From the NCBI GenBank assembly GCA_965197585.1, contig OZ240215.1, positions 3,328,001 through 3,392,000 of the forward strand: 64,000 bases of DNA. The letters are read 5' to 3'. The notes below the pieces were generated by a model that worked only from the letters and a program-made list of their open reading frames with translations, ran no database searches and was not told the DNA's origin. How positions within the stretch are numbered: the first letter of the stretch is position 1; each line of letters opens with the position of its first letter. Shown here in pieces: positions 51,313 through 60,529 of this stretch. Source of the stretch: Dehalococcoidia bacterium (GTDB lineage Bacteria > Chloroflexota > Dehalococcoidia > Plut-88900). The translations under genes and the position numbers were made by a program.

Positions 51313-52188
51313 CTAGCTGCACCAGGTCTAGACGTGCCCACAATCATTCCCAGTAGCCACAGCTTTTTCCCCTCCAACGAAAACAAGCACACGAATTGCT
51401 GCCTCCACGCGAGACCTCAGCCACTACAGAAGGACAACTAGGGGATATCCTAGCACCAAACGCGAGCCATTACCTCGGGAATAGTGGGTGTAAGAGGACA
51501 ACAGTTTGGCTGGGTAACCTGGATTTGGACCGAGGCTTACGGGTTCAGCAGCCGAGGCTACAAGAGCTGCCAAGGGTACCTGGCGTCTGGAATACCGGCG
51601 CCGTTCACTGAAGGGCAGGATGTTGTGACTTATCGATTGGATGTCCTGTCCTTTTGTATTGACATTACCCATTGCCAGGTTCGCAGTACAATACGCGCCG
51701 GCCCACCACCCCGCACAAATGCCCAAATCTCAATCTTGCCACTGCGTCTGAGCACATAAGCATACCCTTCAAAATTCCGTTTCGTCACCATGCGAAAATA
51801 GCGTCGGGCCCCTGCCTCGCAGCATCGGCAGCGTAAATTCTGTGGGCAGATAGGTTAAACAACTCGAATGGCACCCAGTGACCACACATGGTGCTCCGAG
51901 TAATGCCGCCAGCCCGATTTCCGCTTTGGTATAATTAGTTGAATCACAATTAACATTTCTTTTTCTGACGAAAGCCTAAACACGAAGGTCCCAATTTGCG
52001 CTCCACAATGAAACAGTTCAAATCACAGGTGTGGATCGCAAAATCACTCCGGAAGAGTACACAAAACTACAGCTCATCGACACAGATTTCGTCCTCGCGA
52101 GGTTTTAAGCGGCTAGCCAAGGCCGAAGAGGTGGAGCATTTTCCTCATTTCCCCTATAGGTAGATTCTTAGTCAGCTGGTACATCCTA

Positions 52189-53172
52189 GTGCCGGCTATG
52201 GTGGGCATGGGCATAGCGGCAGGTGTGCTGGGCTTTGTCTACCTGACTCCCGGCAAACCCCAGATTGGGGTCATAGAGGTGCCCTACACCGTCATCAATG
52301 ATCGCTCTGCCTTCGCTATCGGCCAATACATCGACTACGCCCGTCGAGATGACTCCATAAAGGCTGTGGTGATTAAACTGAGCACTCCCGGTGGAGGCGC
52401 CTCAGCCAGCGAACGCTTATACAACGAGACCCGCAGGCTCCGTGAAGAAAAGCCGGTGGTGCTAGTTATGGGTAACCTGGTAGCTAGCGGCGGCTACATG
52501 ATGTCGATGGGCGCATCCTACACCTACGCTCAGACATCTTCACTGGTGGGGAACGTGGGAGTGATTTTCTCCACGGGCCCCCTGATCCCGGAACTTCCCG
52601 ACGAGGGGCTGGTCTTCAGCAGCCCCAACAAGCTGGATGGAGGCACCAGGAGAGAGTGGATCGGGACGGTGGACATGCTTAATGAAGCCTTTGTACAAAT
52701 GGTGGTTAGCGAACGGGGAGACAAACTACGTATTTCCAGGGATGAACTTGGCACGGGACGCCTTTATCCCGGAATGGTTGCAGTGAGACTGGGATTGGCT
52801 GACGAGGTTGGAAGTTATAGTGACGCGATCGAAAAGGCCGCCGACTTGGCGGGAATCTCCAACTACGGATTCGTAGACGTAAACTTGGAAGTGTTGCAGG
52901 AATTCGTCCAGGAGCTCGATTTTGTCTTTACACTCGAAGGCGGAGATGGAGACCTGTCGGGAGCCCTTTCCTTCCTATCCAATCCCTCCCGAGACGGGGA
53001 GCCCCTGCCCTCGGAAGGCGAAACGGGTAGCGCCCTGACAACTCTCCGTACCCTGAGAGACTTGATGCTGGACCAGGGCCTCGGAGCAGACGGGGAGGGA
53101 GCCCTCCCGGGGTTACCCGTCGACATACAGCGCCCGGAAATCTATTACCTGTACGTTGGGTATGACCCTTAA
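52189..53172 (+). CDS. S49 family (SppA-like) peptidase
   Basis: KAVVIKLSTPGG, KPVV, ASGGY, GNVGV, LGLADEVG. Confidence 0.88.
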   Translation: MPAMVGMGIAAGVLGFVYLTPGKPQIGVIEVPYTVINDRSAFAIGQYIDYARRDDSIKAVVIKLSTPGGGASASERLYNETRRLREEKPVVLVMGNLVASGGYMMSMGASYTYAQTSSLVGNVGVIFSTGPLIPELPDEGLVFSSPNKLDGGTRREWIGTVDMLNEAFVQMVVSERGDKLRISRDELGTGRLYPGMVAVRLGLADEVGSYSDAIEKAADLAGISNYGFVDVNLEVLQEFVQELDFVFTLEGGDGDLSGALSFLSNPSRDGEPLPSEGETGSALTTLRTLRDLMLDQGLGADGEGALPGLPVDIQRPEIYYLYVGYDP

Positions 53173-54475
53173 ACTAGCATCTCTCTTCCTATTCCCCATA
53201 ATTGCCGCCGCTACTTTTGCGGGCATATTCTTTTTCTTTTACCAAGGCGCCTATGACCCTCCGCCTTCGTTGGATATTCCCTATGAGCAGATAACTTCGC
53301 CCGCGGTGACCCCCGTTGCTCCCGTTGATACGGGGGCGGCCCAGGTTCGGAAGGGACTGCTGGTCGTCGACGCTCTGCACTACAACTCCTTCAGTGAAAG
53401 TGAAATTGCCACCCTCAGCTCCTGGGTAACCGACAGAGGTTATGACGTTGAATTCATTGGCAACTTTTTCGGTGTGCTGGCAAAGACCAGACTGGAACAG
53501 ATGGAAAAGAAGCTGCGGGAAGCCGACAGCTTCCTAGTCATGCTTCCCCGAACTACCTACCTGGACGAGGAAGTGGACTTGGTGGGACGGTTCGTCGAGA
53601 AGGGCGGAAAACTGGTGCTGGTGTCTGATCCGACCCGGCCCAACCGAATAAATGCCCTGGCTAAGAGATTTGGTGTGGAGTTCCAACCCGACTATCTCTA
53701 CAACACCGTGGAATACGACCTGAACTTCAGGCACATATTCGTTAGAGATTTCCAGCCCGCCCCCCTTACCAGTGGCCTCGAGACTATAGCCCTTTATATC
53801 GCCGGGTCGGTGCAGTCTTCCGGTGACGGCTTGGCCTTTACCGATACAAATACGGAGTCTTCTTTGGGGAACATTGCAGAGGAATTCAACCCCATTTCCC
53901 TGGGAGACAAGAGGAACGTCCTGGCTATTGCTGATTTCACATTTATGGTTCCTCCCTATAACTCTCTACTGGATAACGACAGGCTGTTGTCAAATCTGGC
54001 GGACTTTCTGACCGACGGTCAACGTGAGTTTGACCTCGGCGATTTTCCCCACTTCTATGAGGGCGACCCCGGAGACATTACCGACATCCTGTTGGGCCAG
54101 CCTTCTCTCTGGAACATTGGTCTCGAGATGAGAAACGGCCTCACGGTCTACGGTCTATCCTCCAGGATTGGTGAAGGGGAAGACGTGAGCCAGGACACGG
54201 TGTTCCTGGGCCTGTATGAAGACTCACGCATGGTGAGCCAATATCTACTGGCTGCCGGCGTTAGCATCGACGAGGCAATTACCCTGCCCTTTGCCCCGGA
54301 AATCGACAGGGAAGGAACAGCGATCATCCTGCTTCATAGGGACCAAGGCCGATACGTGCTGGTAGTCCTCGGGGAAACACCCGTTGCCTTGACCGGGGCT
54401 GTGAGCAGCTTGTTCAGCGGTGAATTCAGAGACGAACTAGTTAGCGACTATCTGGGGTTGCGTAATAGTCAATGA
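53156..54475 (+). CDS. Membrane-anchored protein, DUF4350/GldG-like domain
   Basis: N-terminal TM; VVDALHYN; FVEKGGKLVLVSDP; DNDRLLSNLADFL. Confidence 0.65.
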   Translation: MGMTLKLASLFLFPIIAAATFAGIFFFFYQGAYDPPPSLDIPYEQITSPAVTPVAPVDTGAAQVRKGLLVVDALHYNSFSESEIATLSSWVTDRGYDVEFIGNFFGVLAKTRLEQMEKKLREADSFLVMLPRTTYLDEEVDLVGRFVEKGGKLVLVSDPTRPNRINALAKRFGVEFQPDYLYNTVEYDLNFRHIFVRDFQPAPLTSGLETIALYIAGSVQSSGDGLAFTDTNTESSLGNIAEEFNPISLGDKRNVLAIADFTFMVPPYNSLLDNDRLLSNLADFLTDGQREFDLGDFPHFYEGDPGDITDILLGQPSLWNIGLEMRNGLTVYGLSSRIGEGEDVSQDTVFLGLYEDSRMVSQYLLAAGVSIDEAITLPFAPEIDREGTAIILLHRDQGRYVLVVLGETPVALTGAVSSLFSGEFRDELVSDYLGLRNSQ

Positions 54476-55887
54476 AGAAACAATTAGGTCTATATATCCT
54501 TCTACCCACTTTGATATTAACTCTGGGCCTGGTTATGGCCTGTGGAGGCAGTGGCGATCCTGAAACCGTGCCCGTTACCCTGCCCACAGACTCAACCCCC
54601 CAATCGTCCAGGCCCCTGTCGGTTAGCGAACTGATGGTGGTGGATGAATTTGCCACACAACAGGAGGCCGTTGGGCTGGAGTGGGACCAATTCCACAAGG
54701 ACTTTGACCACTGGCGCGCCGGGTTAACATCTTGCCACGAGAGCACCGCTCAGAATGCCCTGCGGGACTTTGCCGTAGCTTTCAACGGTGTAACGGAACA
54801 GGCCCGGGACCTTCCCAGGGCGACGGTGACTCGGGAGTTAGCCGACGTGTTGATAGCGGCTGCCGAGTCGGAAGAGAAGGCATTCCGACAGTTACGCGAC
54901 CGCTGGCAGCCAAACAACCTTTCATTGTTTGAGACAGTTGAGCAGCAGCGCTCCGAATCGGCCCTCGCCCAAAGGACAGTGCAAGACCAGGTCGCGGAGT
55001 TACAGGAAGATCTCGAGAAGGCTACCGACCCCGAGAGATTGCAGGCGATAGAAGATTTGTCCGAGGCCCTTGATGCCATCGGTGATGCATGGGAGGGCTA
55101 TCACGACGACTACTCCGGCTTGCTGAAGGAGTCCGAGACCCTGGACAACGCGAAAGTGCTCACCCGGCTCAACCACCTAATCGGGCAACTCGACGAGGTA
55201 GTTGATTCTATTGACAGGCTAACTGCGACAGACGCTACGAAAGATATGATCGGGGAGCTTCAAAAGGTCGCGGAGGCTGAACAAGCTGCCCTGTCGAACA
55301 CGCTTAAAGTCGTCAGACAGGCCACTATGGCAGTCTTGGAGATGGGTGATGAGTCGGCCACCCCTGAACCAGAAACGTCCAATCAAACGATCGCACCGCT
55401 TCTGAAGGCGCCGCAGGCCGCCATCAAGAAATCCCAGGCAACTCTCAAGGAAGTCAATCTATCCATCGAGGATGCGTTGGATGGCAGTGCCGAGGAAGAT
55501 TTGCAGGACCTTAGAGAGTTTGTTGACGGGTACGAGAGCCTGTTGGCTTCATGGGGCGCATTCCACGAGGGTTACAACGGCTGGCGGGAGGTCGAGGGCG
55601 GATGCGACCGTAGCGAAGTTCTCAAAGCCTTGAGTCAATTCAACATACGTATAAGTGAACTCGGGCTTCAAGTGAGAGACCTTCCACAGTCGGGTTACCT
55701 GCTGCCCATGTACAACCTGTTGGTAGAAGCAGTGGAAAGGGAAGAGGGCGCTGTGCGAACTTTGCGCACCTCCTGGCAACCCTTCACTGTTGACGCCTTT
55801 ATAGCGGTGGATCGGGAGCGGGATAATTCCAACAGGCTGCGCCGCGAGGCGAGCATAGCCTTGAAGGAGCTCACCGACCGGTCCTGA
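54472..55887 (+). CDS. Alpha-helical lipoprotein with internal repeat
   Basis: Lipobox VMAC; W..FH..F/Y..WR motif and AAESEE.A...LR.RWQP repeated at both termini. Confidence 0.75.
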   Translation: MKKQLGLYILLPTLILTLGLVMACGGSGDPETVPVTLPTDSTPQSSRPLSVSELMVVDEFATQQEAVGLEWDQFHKDFDHWRAGLTSCHESTAQNALRDFAVAFNGVTEQARDLPRATVTRELADVLIAAAESEEKAFRQLRDRWQPNNLSLFETVEQQRSESALAQRTVQDQVAELQEDLEKATDPERLQAIEDLSEALDAIGDAWEGYHDDYSGLLKESETLDNAKVLTRLNHLIGQLDEVVDSIDRLTATDATKDMIGELQKVAEAEQAALSNTLKVVRQATMAVLEMGDESATPEPETSNQTIAPLLKAPQAAIKKSQATLKEVNLSIEDALDGSAEEDLQDLREFVDGYESLLASWGAFHEGYNGWREVEGGCDRSEVLKALSQFNIRISELGLQVRDLPQSGYLLPMYNLLVEAVEREEGAVRTLRTSWQPFTVDAFIAVDRERDNSNRLRREASIALKELTDRS

Positions 55888-56447
55888 GATGTCTTGTCCA
55901 ACATGGCTGATTGCTGAAGTAGCGGCGCCTGCGACATTTGGCCGAGATGCCCATCGCATAAGAGCACAAGCTGGATCGGTAGTTGATCAATCTCGACTAC
56001 CACCAGGTGAGATGGCCGTCACGCAACCTTGCTGGAATTCTAGAACTATTAGGCAGCAAATCTGATAGGCAAGAGATATGCTCCGGAGCTTTTCTTCAGA
56101 GGCCGCATGGAGAAAGCGGAGACATGGGTTTCGGCGGGGCTATCTACAGAACCGGTCACGACTCGCCTTTACCTGATCGGCTTAGATATCCCACCGGAAC
56201 GTTTGCAGTACAGCACACTTAGACTTGGCTAGTTAGACTCGAACTTCCGATTGGTACCCTGCGCAACCGCGTCCTGCACTCAGATGCGTGCAGAACGCTG
56301 GATACAGTCACTCCGTTCAATATTCATAGGTGAAGGCGTGATACCATACCGTGTGAGGCAATGATCGGTGAATGTTGCCATCAGCCTATCAGGGTGGTGA
56401 GGATTGTGGGAATGAACACTAGGATATAGGTGTTTCATAGCTAATTA

Positions 56448-56468
56448 CGAATCCCCCAACTCCACCAC
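56448..56468 (+). repeat. Degenerate direct repeat of the tRNA-Ala 3' end (att-like)
   Basis: CGAATCCCCCAACTCCACCAC vs CGAATCCCCCCATCTCCACCAC at 42607-42628. Confidence 0.6.
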
Positions 56469-56551
56469 TTTCTCTCTTACTTCATCTGCAGGATAGGGTT
56501 GACTATCCCAATATCAGGAAGTCCAAGGGTAGCGTTTCAGGAGGCCCCACC

Positions 56552-57811
56552 ATGACCCCACCCCAATTTCCCATCAGCTCCCGACCCTGGCACGACGTCC
56601 GCACCGAGATGGAGTCGGCGCACGGGGAGGACAAGCCGTGGTACGCGCCTCGGCAGTTCAAGGGAGGAAGCTACTTTGGCGGGGAGGACGTGGTTAAGGT
56701 GGCCAACGAGGCCTACCAGATGTACATCAACCACAACGCCCTCTTCGCTCCCGACCTCTTCCCCAGCCTCGTCAGGTACGAGCGGGAGCTGATCGGCGCT
56801 CTGCTGGAGATGCTGACCGCGCCTGAGGGCGCCGGCGGGAGCGTCACATCCGGCGGCACGGAGAGCATAGTGGTGGCGGTGAAGGCGGCCAAGGCCTGGG
56901 CCCGAGACCACCGGCCCTCGGCTACCGAGCCCGAGATTGTGGTGCCGCGGGCTGCCCACCCGGCCTTCGACAAGGCGACCCACATTCTCGGAATCAAGAC
57001 CGTTCGGGTGCCGGGCAGTGTCGACTACCGGGCGGACGTGGACGCAATGGCCCGGGCCATTAACGACAACACCATCATGGTCGCCGGTTCCGCTCCCTCC
57101 TACCCCTATGGCGCCAACGATGCGATCACCGAGATCGGGGCGCTGGCGGAGGAGCATGGGCTCTGGTTCCACGTCGATGCGTGCCACGGTGGGTTCGTAT
57201 TGCCTTTCGCAAGGAAGCTCGGCTATGACATCCCGGACTATGACTTTGGCGTGAGTGGCGTCACCTCCATCTCGGTGGACGTGCACAAGCTGGGGTATGC
57301 CAACAAGGGGGTCTCGGGGTTGCTGCTGCGGGACGATACGCTGGAGAAGTACCAGCGGTTCACCTTCGACGAGTGGCCATCGGGGCTCTACTCGACTCGA
57401 AACAACACGGGGTCCAGGTCCGGGGGTGGGGTGGCGTCGGCGTGGGCGGTGATGAACTACCTGGGGGAAGAGGGATACCTGCGCATCGTGGAGAGGATTC
57501 TGGGGACGCGGGACCGGTTCATAGACGGGATCAACTCCATCGAGGGGCTCGAAGTTTTCGGGACGCCTCATGCCTACCTTGCAGCTTTCGGGTCGAAGAA
57601 TCTCGACATCTACGCCGTCCACGATGGCATGTCCGACCGGGGGTGGAACAGCAACCGCATTGTCGACCCAGAGGGCATCCACCTCTTTTTCGACTACTCG
57701 CACCACGACATCGTCGAGCAGTACGTGACCGACCTAGCGCTGGTGACTGCCGAGGTGCGGGCCGGCCGCATCACCCGCCGAGCAGGGGAGGCGGTGTATA
57801 CGCGGAGCTAG
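56552..57811 (+). CDS. PLP-dependent decarboxylase/lyase, sphingosine-1-phosphate-lyase-like
   Basis: TSGGTESI, AHPAFDKA, GSAPSYPYG, HVDACHGG, SVDVHKLGYANKG, GSRSGG. Confidence 0.85.
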   Translation: MTPPQFPISSRPWHDVRTEMESAHGEDKPWYAPRQFKGGSYFGGEDVVKVANEAYQMYINHNALFAPDLFPSLVRYERELIGALLEMLTAPEGAGGSVTSGGTESIVVAVKAAKAWARDHRPSATEPEIVVPRAAHPAFDKATHILGIKTVRVPGSVDYRADVDAMARAINDNTIMVAGSAPSYPYGANDAITEIGALAEEHGLWFHVDACHGGFVLPFARKLGYDIPDYDFGVSGVTSISVDVHKLGYANKGVSGLLLRDDTLEKYQRFTFDEWPSGLYSTRNNTGSRSGGGVASAWAVMNYLGEEGYLRIVERILGTRDRFIDGINSIEGLEVFGTPHAYLAAFGSKNLDIYAVHDGMSDRGWNSNRIVDPEGIHLFFDYSHHDIVEQYVTDLALVTAEVRAGRITRRAGEAVYTRS

Positions 57812-57820
57812 GGGCGGCGG

Positions 57821-58770
57821 TTATTCAGTTGTGGGGGGAGGGGTTGAGGGTATGGGCTGTTGGGCGGTTCCTTTGGTGGGTATGAATGGGGGAGTTTTGA
57901 TTGATGCGCGGACCCAGGCGTGAGGTCTGATTGTTTTGCGGGAAGAGTCCGCTTTTCCCTGGATTGAGGGGGCCGGGGAGGTGGAGGGGATGGAAGGTCC
58001 CGGACGGTTGCGCAGGAAGGCGGCGACGCCTGTACCGATGGGTGTTGTCCGCGACAGCGGATGTTCCACATCGAAGCCGGCTTTGCGACAGCCCCGAACT
58101 TCTGAGAGGACGTGGTGGAGACGCGCGATGGGCTCGCGGTGGGGCGGTCTCCACCACCAGAAGTGCTCGACCACCCTAAGGGATGGGAGCGTGGACCCGT
58201 GACCGGCGTTCGTAGTCGGAAGTTCTCCGGTTGTGACGACGGTGGAATCCTTAAATGGTGCGTTGGTTTTGAGTCGGCGCTCATCCGACTGTTCGGACTC
58301 GCCAGCAAGGTCTAGGCCGGGGGAGTCCGGAGGGGGCGCTATGGCCCAAGGTGGAGACATGACGCTGTGCTCCAGGGCGTCGCCTGAGGAGGCGAAACGG
58401 ATGCGCCGGGTGAGTGCAGCGCGCACTTGGCATTGGCCCTTGGAAAGGGCAAGCCGGTTTTTGTCCGGGAACCTTCCATGGCGGGTCACGTGGACCTGTG
58501 GGGACAGTGATTGATCGCTGCTGAGGCGGAGGCGATGGGCCTTGGGGCAGCGCTTGAAGTGGGGGAAGTAGGGTGGAAAGAGGCAGGAAAAGAGACGCGT
58601 GCCTGTGGCCGGGCGGTCCCATACCGCTCGGGTGTGACGGGGCCTATGAAGGCTATTGCGACTCATGGGACTCCTTTAATCCTTTTCCTTGAATAGGGCC
58701 GACGTGGGGTGTCGGGCCTGGCAGGCAATATAGTACAGGTGTTTTGATTTGGTCAAGGGGTTCGTGTCAC
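57821..58770 (-). other. Copy C of the promoter/structured-element family; spans a 281-codon ORF (57821-58666)
   Basis: GTGACA..CCCC-TTGACC-N18-TATATT-GCCTGCCAGG; AAAGGAG RBS; long-range stem ATGGAAGGTTCCCGGAC/GTCCGGGACCTTCCAT; ends CCACAACTGAATAA. Confidence 0.5.
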
Positions 58771-59064
58771 TTTTGGGGAGACACCGCCCCAGCCCCACCG
58801 GGGAACCTTCACCCCCTTAATCCCCCTCTCACGCCATAGGCGCATCTTTGACCCTTAGGGCCGTCAAGGGAGAGGGGGAGATAAGAACAGAGGCAGAGGT
58901 TGGCGCAGAAGCGCCAACCTCTGCCTCTAGTTCAGTACTGGGTAGAAGGGGATGGGGATGGATTCTGGCTCTCGGCGGCCGGAATGATGGAGGGGGTGGA
59001 TGGGGGGAGGCCTCGCCCCAGATTCCTCGCGGGGCCTCAGAAGGAGAAGGGAGGGGTCAGGGAG

Positions 59065-59451
59065 TTAGGCGCGTGCGAGAGTCTCGGTGTCCTGGATGAA
59101 GACTGCGGTCTCGTGGATAAGCCCCTCGATGGCGTCTACAGGCTCGCACCAGCCGGTGTAGAAGCAGTCGCCGTGGAGTGCGCCCTGTCGAGTGAAGTAG
59201 CGGTCCCGAAGGTTGCGCACCTTAGGATCGTCCTGCGCGAGCTTCAGGAGGGCGCGGGTGGTGTTGGGGGACTTGGGGGGGAGTTTACCGGTGCGGGCGA
59301 GGACGAGGGCGTCGATGGCGCGCTTGGCGGCGCACCAAGCCTTTTCGGCGGCGTCCCTGATGTCTCCGGCGGCCATACGTTCGAGGGCGGCGTTGTGCAT
59401 GCGGCGGGCGTCGGCGAAGATGGGGGTGGGGTCGGCTGAGGTTGTGGTCAT
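59065..59451 (-). CDS. PaREP1/HEPN-like protein
   Basis: GDIRDAAEKAWCA, LHGDCFY. Confidence 0.75.
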   Translation of the reverse strand: MTTTSADPTPIFADARRMHNAALERMAAGDIRDAAEKAWCAAKRAIDALVLARTGKLPPKSPNTTRALLKLAQDDPKVRNLRDRYFTRQGALHGDCFYTGWCEPVDAIEGLIHETAVFIQDTETLARA

Positions 59452-59712
59452 GTGCTTTTCCTTGGGTGGAACGATAGCACAGGTGGGGGGTGGGGGGACT
59501 CATTGACGACCGTTCCATGCCCCTGATATATTCGACTAAGATGAAGATATTACCCAGTTGGGAGAGTGCTGTGGTCGTACTGTAGGGGCTGGTGATTCTT
59601 TAACCCTGCCACCTTCATTAAACCGTATACTTGGGCACCAGATAAGATATAGGCTAACCTCGTAACTTTGAGGCTTGAGTGGACAACTGTAAGCAAAAAG
59701 TAAGTTGCCAAA

Positions 59713-60465
59713 ATGCCAAATACCGTCATTGACATATTTCTCCAATGCGATCAATCAGTTCGCCGTGGCCAGCTAATCCATCGAACTAGTAGAACGGACA
59801 AAGAGTTCCACTTCCAGGATTGGTTCCAAGCTCGACTGGATGAAATCCAAGTGACATACGACACACCCTCCCGCAACACCTATCCTGATTTTCGACTGGT
59901 GCATAGCCCCGAAGGATATGAAGTAAAAGGGTTAGCGTATCCTGGGCGCGAAGCGAACTATGACGCTAACAGTCAGATGCCCACGGGCTTCCATAAAGGC
60001 AGAACCATCTTCTATGTTTTCGGCCGATATCCCCGGGACCCCAACGGCGACGACTACCCGGTTATCGATATAGTGCTGTTCCACGGCGACTTCCTAAATG
60101 CAAACCACGAGTATGTCCACAAGAACAAACACGTCACAGGTTTTGGAAGCTATGGCGACATTATGATAAGAGACCGAAAAATGTATGTGGCTCCCACACC
60201 CTTTGCATTGACAGACGGAACAGCTGGTCAACGCACCCTTATTTTGCCCAGCGACGCCGAGGTGGATGCTCGGTTGGAATCGTGTGGGGAGCTAGTGCGC
60301 GTAGAAACAGATCAGATTCTCGTTGGGTATAGAGCTGACCTTAAGGGAAAATCACTTGTTCCTCAATTTGTCAATAACCCTTCTTCCGGACTCGAACACC
60401 ACTTTATTGCCTACCGTGCCGTCGGGACGAATGGCGCAGCAGTAACGATGAAAGCATCTGTATAG
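59713..60465 (+). CDS. Probable type II restriction endonuclease (PD-(D/E)xK)
   Basis: YPDF...EVK motif; adjacent to a DNA methyltransferase; AT-richer than flanks. Confidence 0.75.
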   Translation: MPNTVIDIFLQCDQSVRRGQLIHRTSRTDKEFHFQDWFQARLDEIQVTYDTPSRNTYPDFRLVHSPEGYEVKGLAYPGREANYDANSQMPTGFHKGRTIFYVFGRYPRDPNGDDYPVIDIVLFHGDFLNANHEYVHKNKHVTGFGSYGDIMIRDRKMYVAPTPFALTDGTAGQRTLILPSDAEVDARLESCGELVRVETDQILVGYRADLKGKSLVPQFVNNPSSGLEHHFIAYRAVGTNGAAVTMKASV

Positions 60466-60529
60466 CCTCTATAGGCTGTGCGTACTATGCAACTACAAAT
60501 GAATCATTTGCCGAACACTGAAAACCTAG

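Noticed and set aside
51320-52180. Genes or ncRNA in this long spacer (also 49560-50030 and 55890-56440)
   Set aside because: No recognisable protein motifs, repeats or convincing structure; probably decayed sequence.
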